NCBI GenBank assembly: GCA_029565685.1
Contig: JAKQNR010000010.1
Coordinates: 34,404 to 98,403, forward strand
Source of the DNA: a bacterium
GTDB taxonomy: Bacteria > Zhuqueibacterota > Zhuqueibacteria > Residuimicrobiales > Residuimicrobiaceae
DNA: 64,000 nt
Direction: 5' to 3'
A program made the position numbers and the translations under genes. Positions 58,509-64,000 of this stretch are shown piece by piece. Under the pieces are notes generated by a model, which saw only the letters and a program-made list of their open reading frames with translations, ran no database searches and was not told the DNA's origin. Positions within the stretch are counted from its first letter, which is position 1, and the number at the start of each line of letters is the position of its first letter.

Positions 58509-59825
58509 TCAGGCAGCATCAGGTTCCACAACGCCCTTGAGCACATGGGCCGTGGCCTCGGTGATGCGCGCTTGAATGAAATCGCCCGGCCGGCCGGCGC
58601 CGGCGGGAAGGATCACCAGCAGATTGCCGTCGGTCCGACCCTGAACCTCCTCAACCGATTTTTTTGTACCCTGGCGTTCGATGAGAACCTTCTCGACAAA
58701 GCCGATGCGCTGTAGGTGGCGCGCCAGCGAGATCTCTTTCTGCAAGCTGTTCAATCGCACGATTCGCTGGGTCTTGACCTCTTCGCTTACATCATCCGGA
58801 TATTTTTTCGCCGCCAGCGTGCCGGGGCGTTCGGAATACTTAAAAATAAAAGCAGAATCAAAGCGCACCGTCTCCATCACCTCCATCGTGTCGGCGAACT
58901 CGGCGTCGGTTTCGGTGGGAAAACCGACGATCACGTCCGTCGTCAACACGACGCCGGGCAACGCCTCCCGGATCTCTGCGGCGAGATCGAGGAATTGCTG
59001 CTTGCTATAAGTCCGTCGCATCAGGGAGAGCACGCGATCATTGCCCGCTTGCAGCGGCAGATGGATATGCTTGCAAACCACCGGATTCTCTTTCATGACG
59101 CGCAGCAGGGGCCGGGGAAAATCCTTGGGATGCGGGGAGGTGAAACGGACCCGCCGCAATCCCTTCACCGCGCTGACCTGCTCCAGCAGAGCGGCGAAAT
59201 CACTTCCCTGCGAGCGATACGAGTTGACGTTCTGCCCCAGCAGCGTCACCTGCGGATAGCCCTCGGCCACCAAGCGGTGCGTCTCAGCGACAATGCCGGC
59301 CACGGATCGGCTGCGTTCTCGGCCGCGGCTGTAGGGAACCACGCAAAACGAACAAAAATTATTGCACCCGCGCATGATCGCGATCCAGGCGTTCACCCCC
59401 GGCAGGCGCCGCGGATAAATATCCTCATACGTCTCACATTTCGACAACCGAACGTCATGGAGCTGCTGTTTTTTCCGGCTCGCTTGCCGTATCAGATCGG
59501 GCAGCCGGCGGTAGCTGTCCGGACCGACGAGAAAATCGATGGGCGAGTTCGGGGCATCGAGCAATTTCTTCTTCAACCCGCTGGCCATGCAGCCGAGCAC
59601 GCCGATCAACAGCGGCGCGCCGGCGCGGCTGCGGCGGATCTCGCCGATGCGCGCGAGCACACGGTGGCTGGCATGTTCACGCACCGCGCAGGTGTTCATC
59701 AACAACACATCCGCGTCCTGCACCTCACTGACCTCCTGAAAGCCGTCAGCGAACAAAATGCTTTGGACGATCTCGCTGTCATATTCGTTCATCTGACAGC
59801 CATAAGTTTCTATATAGACTTTCAT
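58509..59825 (-). CDS. miaB: tRNA-2-methylthio-N6-dimethylallyladenosine synthase
   Basis: MKVYIETYGCQMNEYDSE, radical-SAM CNNFCSFCVVPYSRG, and a TRAM-like end. ATG 59825 overlaps the mtaB stop (ATGA). Confidence 0.9.
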   Translation of the reverse strand: MKVYIETYGCQMNEYDSEIVQSILFADGFQEVSEVQDADVLLMNTCAVREHASHRVLARIGEIRRSRAGAPLLIGVLGCMASGLKKKLLDAPNSPIDFLVGPDSYRRLPDLIRQASRKKQQLHDVRLSKCETYEDIYPRRLPGVNAWIAIMRGCNNFCSFCVVPYSRGRERSRSVAGIVAETHRLVAEGYPQVTLLGQNVNSYRSQGSDFAALLEQVSAVKGLRRVRFTSPHPKDFPRPLLRVMKENPVVCKHIHLPLQAGNDRVLSLMRRTYSKQQFLDLAAEIREALPGVVLTTDVIVGFPTETDAEFADTMEVMETVRFDSAFIFKYSERPGTLAAKKYPDDVSEEVKTQRIVRLNSLQKEISLARHLQRIGFVEKVLIERQGTKKSVEEVQGRTDGNLLVILPAGAGRPGDFIQARITEATAHVLKGVVEPDAA

Positions 59826-61102
59826 AACAAACGACCGATCATCTGTTGATCCTCGACCGCGGTGAGCGCCACCGGCAGCCATGCGTTGTGCAGATCGCGG
59901 TCAGACGCCACCCGCACTCGAATGTAGGTGTCGGTCAAGCCGGTCCACCATCCCCGCTTTCGATTCTCAAAGAGAACATGCTCGGTCCTGCCGAGGTTGC
60001 GCGCCAAATACCGTTGGCGTTTTTGTGCGCTCAGTTCGCGCAGAACCCGGCTGCGTCTCTCGATGACCGCTTGCGGCACTTTATCGGGGAAATTCCGGCT
60101 CAGATTATGCCTGCGATCCGAATAGCTGAACACATGAAAATAGCTGTGGCCGGAATTCTGCAGATAGTTCAGGGTCTCGTTAAAATGCTGATCGCTTTCG
60201 CCGGGAAAACCCACCAGTACATCGGCGCCCAGGCAGAGCCCCGGAACCGCATGCAGAGCCCTCTGTACAAACGCGTCATAATCCGCCAGGGTATAGCGGC
60301 GGTGCATCGCCTGAAGGATTTCATCGCTCCCGCTCTGCAGCGGTAGATGGAGAAACCGGCACAGTTTGCCGTTGACCATCCACGCGAGCAATTCATCGCC
60401 AAGCGTAGTCGCCTCGATGGAAGAGATGCGAATGCGCAGAACATCAGGAATGTCCTGCAACGCCCGCACCACGTCCAGCAGCGTGCGGCCCTCATGCGCA
60501 TACAAACCGATGTTGATGCCGGTCAACACCAACTCGCGATGACCCGCGGCAGCCAGCTGTTTCGCCTCCCTCAGCAGGTCGTCAAAATCCCGGCTGCGCG
60601 CACGTCCGCGCGCATAGGGGATTTCGCAATAGCTGCAAAAAAAATCGCATCCATCCTGTATTTTTAAATGCGCACGTGTACGATTGGGATCCATGCCGGC
60701 TGCGGCGATCGTAAAACTGCCGGCCTCGATCTCAGGCACCGCCACCACCGGCCCTGCCGAAGTGTCCTGGCGAAGGATGTCTGCCAGCTCCATCTTGGCG
60801 CCCGTGCCGATAACCCAGTGCACACCAGGGAGCGCGGCCAGCTCCTCGCTCTGAACTTGTGATTGGCACCCCACCAAAGCGATCCGGATGTCGCGATTGA
60901 TCCGCAGCAAACGATAAATCAGCCGGCGCGTGTCCGCGTCGCCGTGGGCGGTGACCGTACAGGTGTTGATAACCGCTACATCCGCAGGTTCGTCCGCATG
61001 CACCACGGTCCACCCCTGGCCGCTGCACTGCTGCTGCAGAATCGCTGTCTCCGCCTGGTTCAAGCGGCAGCCCAATGTTATAAAGGAAATTCTCATTTTC
61101 AT
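59822..61102 (-). CDS. mtaB: tRNA N6-threonylcarbamoyladenosine methylthiotransferase MtaB-like
   Basis: MRISFITLGCRLNQAETA and radical-SAM CDFFCSYCEIPYARG. Start at ATG 61102 or 61096. Confidence 0.8.
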   Translation of the reverse strand: MKMRISFITLGCRLNQAETAILQQQCSGQGWTVVHADEPADVAVINTCTVTAHGDADTRRLIYRLLRINRDIRIALVGCQSQVQSEELAALPGVHWVIGTGAKMELADILRQDTSAGPVVAVPEIEAGSFTIAAAGMDPNRTRAHLKIQDGCDFFCSYCEIPYARGRARSRDFDDLLREAKQLAAAGHRELVLTGINIGLYAHEGRTLLDVVRALQDIPDVLRIRISSIEATTLGDELLAWMVNGKLCRFLHLPLQSGSDEILQAMHRRYTLADYDAFVQRALHAVPGLCLGADVLVGFPGESDQHFNETLNYLQNSGHSYFHVFSYSDRRHNLSRNFPDKVPQAVIERRSRVLRELSAQKRQRYLARNLGRTEHVLFENRKRGWWTGLTDTYIRVRVASDRDLHNAWLPVALTAVEDQQMIGRLL

Positions 61103-61288
61103 ATAATGTAATAAAATTAAATGGTTTTGACAACAACAACCGCAAAACAGCTCTGCCAATCTTTTAACTTGCCTTTTGTGATACAATTTAATAGGTTTAA
61201 GTTAAAGCAAAAAGAGGGGACTCCCGCAGAAAAGTCCCTGTACCGATCGAGTGCGGGCGAGTAACTGCGTTTATTAAAGGCGAATAGA

Positions 61289-62851
61289 ATGAAAAAATTT
61301 TTCTACCGTCTGCTGTTGACGCTTGGTCTTTTTGTGATCGTCCTCCTGATTCTGGCCGCTTACAACCGGCGCGACCGGCATCCGGACTATGATTTCAACC
61401 TGCATTTGCCGGCTGATCCGTCGACAACGGTCTCCTTGCAGGCCGGCTTTGGCCGCAGCATCATCACTCCGAAGCTGCCGGACACCTGGGTCGATGCCGA
61501 CAGCAACGGCCGCTATGAGCCTGACCGCGGCGATCGCTATCTCGATGGCAATCAAAACGGACGATTCGATGCCTTCTGGCTGGCTGGGTTTCATAACAAC
61601 CGTCCGGCCCGGGCTGTACACGACGACCTTTGGGCCCGCGCTGTGGTTCTGGAAGACGGCCGAGTTCGCGTCGCCCTGGTCGCCCTCGACGCCATCGGAT
61701 TTTTTCATGACTATGTGGTCGACGTTCGCGCCATGCTGGCGCAAAAACCATGGAAAATCGATCACCTGATCATCTGTTCCACGCATAACCACGAAACCCC
61801 GGATCTGATGGGTCTGTGGGGACCGGCTTATTACCGCTCCGGCGTGAACAAAGAATATCTGCGCTTTGTGCAGACGCAGATCGTCCATGCCGTTGGCCAG
61901 GCCTTTGAAAACCGCACCCCCGCAATTCTGTTGGCCGGCCGCATCGATTCCACCGCTGCGGATCTGGTTCGCGACAGTCGCCCCCCTCGCGTGTTGGATG
62001 ACGCCATTCATCTCCTGCAATTTCGCAGTCAGGCAAAGGACTCGCTGCTCGGCGTGCTGCTCAACTGGGGCAATCATCCGGAGACTTTGGCCGACGACAA
62101 CCTCGACATCACCGCCGACTTTCCCTATTACTGGCTGCAGGGCGTTGAACAGGGGATCGTTTACGATGGAAAGGTGCTGCGGCCTGGAGTCGGCGGCATG
62201 GCTGTTTTCGCCAACGGCTGCGTCGGCGGACTGATGACCTCGCTGGGGTGTGAAGTGCGTGATTATCGGCTGAACCAGACCTTCAAAAAAGCGAGTTTTG
62301 CCAAAGCGCGCAGCCAGGGATATCGGCTGGCGGATCTGGTGCTGGACCAGTTCGAAACCGGAACCTGGGAGACCGTGGCGGATCCCCGCCTGGGCGTCAA
62401 GGTCGAGACGATCACCCTGAAAGTGGACAATTTCCTCTTCAATCTCGCCGGCGCTCTGCGGGTGCTGGACCGCGGATTCAGCGGATTTAACAAACTCCGT
62501 TCCGAAGTGAGCTTGGTGACCATCGGCGAAACCGTCTCTCTGCTGATGCTCCCGGGCGAGATCTATCCAGAGATCGTCAACGGCGGCGCAGAGGCGCCCG
62601 ATGGCGGCGATTTCGGCGGTCCGGTGATCGAAGCGCCGGGGCTGCGCCAGCTCATGCCGGGACGCTTTAAATTCGTCATCGGTCTGGCCAACGACGAAAT
62701 AGGCTATGTGCTGCCGCGATCGCAATGGGACACGGAAAAGCCCTACACTTATGGCGCGAGAAAAGCGCCCTATGGCGAAATCAATTCACTGGGCCCGGAC
62801 ACCGGCCCCCAACTCTACCGCACAGCCAAAAGCCTGATTCAACACATGTAA
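61289..62851 (+). CDS. Membrane-anchored neutral/alkaline ceramidase N-terminal-domain-like hydrolase
   Basis: TM anchor, then family-like AGFGRSIITPKLP..VHDDLWARAVVLEDGRVRVALVALDAIGFF..STHNHETPD. Confidence 0.65.
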   Translation: MKKFFYRLLLTLGLFVIVLLILAAYNRRDRHPDYDFNLHLPADPSTTVSLQAGFGRSIITPKLPDTWVDADSNGRYEPDRGDRYLDGNQNGRFDAFWLAGFHNNRPARAVHDDLWARAVVLEDGRVRVALVALDAIGFFHDYVVDVRAMLAQKPWKIDHLIICSTHNHETPDLMGLWGPAYYRSGVNKEYLRFVQTQIVHAVGQAFENRTPAILLAGRIDSTAADLVRDSRPPRVLDDAIHLLQFRSQAKDSLLGVLLNWGNHPETLADDNLDITADFPYYWLQGVEQGIVYDGKVLRPGVGGMAVFANGCVGGLMTSLGCEVRDYRLNQTFKKASFAKARSQGYRLADLVLDQFETGTWETVADPRLGVKVETITLKVDNFLFNLAGALRVLDRGFSGFNKLRSEVSLVTIGETVSLLMLPGEIYPEIVNGGAEAPDGGDFGGPVIEAPGLRQLMPGRFKFVIGLANDEIGYVLPRSQWDTEKPYTYGARKAPYGEINSLGPDTGPQLYRTAKSLIQHM

Positions 62852-62901
62852 CTTGAAATAGACCATCCCTATTCCATTAACCTCTCATTGAAGGAAGCAA
62901 T

Positions 62902-64000
62902 ATGAACAAAAATGAAAAGCAATTTGAAAAGGGTGTTTCACGCCGTGAATTTCTTGCCGGCGCCGCTGCAGCATCGTCCTTTATTATCGTGCCCCGTCAT
63001 GTTCTGGGCGGACCGGGCTATCAGGCGCCCAGCGACAAATTGAACATCGCCTGCATCGGCATCGGCGGCAAAGGCTGGTCCGACTCGCTCAAAATGCAAA
63101 CCGAGAACGTCATCGCGCTGTGCGACGTGGACGAAGACCGTCTCACGCAACAACACGACGAAGACAAGAAGACCATTCGCGACTATTATCCCACCGCCAA
63201 GTTCTATCAGGATTTCCGCGTCATGTTGGAAAAGGAAAAAGAGATCGACGCCGTAACCGTCAGCACACCGGATCATACCCACGCGGTGGCGGCCATGATG
63301 GCGATGAAAATGAAAAAGCATGTCTTTGTGCAAAAGCCGCTGACCCACACCATTCATGAAGCGCGCGTGCTGGCCAAAACCGCCAAAGAGATGGGCGTGG
63401 TCACTCAGATGGGCAATCAGGGCCATGCCCAGGAGGGCGGCCGTCTGGTGTGCGAATGGATTTGGGCCGGCGCCATCGGCGAGGTCAAAGAGGTGCACTG
63501 CATCACCAACCGGCCGGTCTGGAAACAGAACCTGACCGCTCCGACGGAAACGCCTTCGGTGCCGCCGACTTTGGACTGGAACCTCTGGGTTGGTCCGGCC
63601 AAATGGCGGCCCTATCACCCGGCGTATGTCCCCTGGTCCTGGCGCGGCTGGTGGGATTTCGGCACCGGCGCCATCGGCGATATGGGCGCGCACATCATCG
63701 ATCACGCTTATTGGCCGCTCAAGTTGAAATATCCGGAGAAAATCTATGCCAGCAGCACCGAGTTCACCAAGGACTCGCCGCCCCAAGCCGAAGTGCTGGT
63801 TTATGATTTTCCGGCGCGCGGCAAAATGCCGCCCGTGCGCATGTACTGGTGGGACGGCGGCTTGACCCCGCCCCGTCCGTTCGAACTGGAGGCCGGCCGA
63901 CGACTGAGCGTGTCAGACGGCGGCGCCGTGATCTTTATGGGCTCCAAGGGCATTTTAACCTGCGGCACCTACGGCGACAATCCGCGCCTGATCCCAGAGG
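62902..64000 (+). CDS. Gfo/Idh/MocA-family oxidoreductase with twin-arginine signal; 3' end outside window (not in supplied ORF track)
   Basis: My own translation from ATG 62902: MNKNEKQFEKGVSRREFLAGAAAASSFIIVPRHVLG..LNIACIGIGGKGWSD..AVTVSTPDHTHA..HVFVQKPL... No stop occurs before the window end. Confidence 0.85.
   Translation, partial: MNKNEKQFEKGVSRREFLAGAAAASSFIIVPRHVLGGPGYQAPSDKLNIACIGIGGKGWSDSLKMQTENVIALCDVDEDRLTQQHDEDKKTIRDYYPTAKFYQDFRVMLEKEKEIDAVTVSTPDHTHAVAAMMAMKMKKHVFVQKPLTHTIHEARVLAKTAKEMGVVTQMGNQGHAQEGGRLVCEWIWAGAIGEVKEVHCITNRPVWKQNLTAPTETPSVPPTLDWNLWVGPAKWRPYHPAYVPWSWRGWWDFGTGAIGDMGAHIIDHAYWPLKLKYPEKIYASSTEFTKDSPPQAEVLVYDFPARGKMPPVRMYWWDGGLTPPRPFELEAGRRLSVSDGGAVIFMGSKGILTCGTYGDNPRLIPE

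Noticed and set aside
62938-63786. 282-aa minus-strand ORF listed in the track.
   Set aside because: It is a shadow of the plus-strand Gfo/Idh/MocA gene, which has clear Tat-signal and Rossmann motifs.
1-64000. Search for CRISPR arrays, IS elements, integrases, prophage, toxin-antitoxin or known defence-system genes.
   Set aside because: No regularly spaced direct repeats, terminal inverted repeats, transposase/integrase/reverse-transcriptase-like ORFs or nuclease/ATPase defence signatures were recognised. The window looks like stable chromosome, with accessory glycan loci rather than a mobile or defence island.

Overview
64-kb chromosomal segment with no rRNA, tRNA, CRISPR array, transposase or integrase that I can see. 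It appears to come from a moderately GC-rich Gram-negative bacterium related to the FCB/Bacteroidota radiation. Three proteins end in T9SS-type C-terminal sorting domains, and there is a PorV/PorQ-like barrel and a GWxTD protein. Some intergenic regions read like -33/-7 promoters, yet many genes keep strong GGAGG Shine-Dalgarno sites and one gene has a textbook sigma-54 promoter. 1-16 kb is a starch/maltodextrin locus: MalEFG-type ABC importer, a SusC-sized TonB-dependent barrel, a ~1,246-aa Ca-binding/FN3/CTD protein where susD would normally sit, a PorV-like barrel, a four-module CBM-like T9SS cargo and a GH13 amylase T9SS cargo. 17-27 kb is a second glycan cluster: DUF2961/GH172, a GH106-like giant hydrolase, a SAM methyltransferase, an HGSNAT-like acyltransferase and a cytoplasmic hydrolase-like hypothetical. 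27-40 kb holds a URO-D-family plus Ldh_2-family pair, a SWIM protein, and a tight operon joining a peptidase-PD40-Omp85 fusion, a homocysteine-methyltransferase/MTHFR fusion and a GWxTD protein. 40-47 kb holds a sigma-54-driven hsp20, zwf-opcA-pgl-cysE, and a metallophosphoesterase with a ~215-aa inserted beta-sandwich-like segment. 48-64 kb holds envelope genes (DUF4398-like lipoprotein, two YkuD enzymes, TamB/TamA-like pair), an M19 dipeptidase, mtaB-miaB, a ceramidase-like protein, and a Tat-signal Gfo/Idh/MocA oxidoreductase that runs off the window and is absent from the ORF track. The best candidate for something undescribed is the SusD-less TBDR / giant protein / PorV-like operon embedded among T9SS cargo. 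All family calls come from motif recognition by eye; no searches were run.
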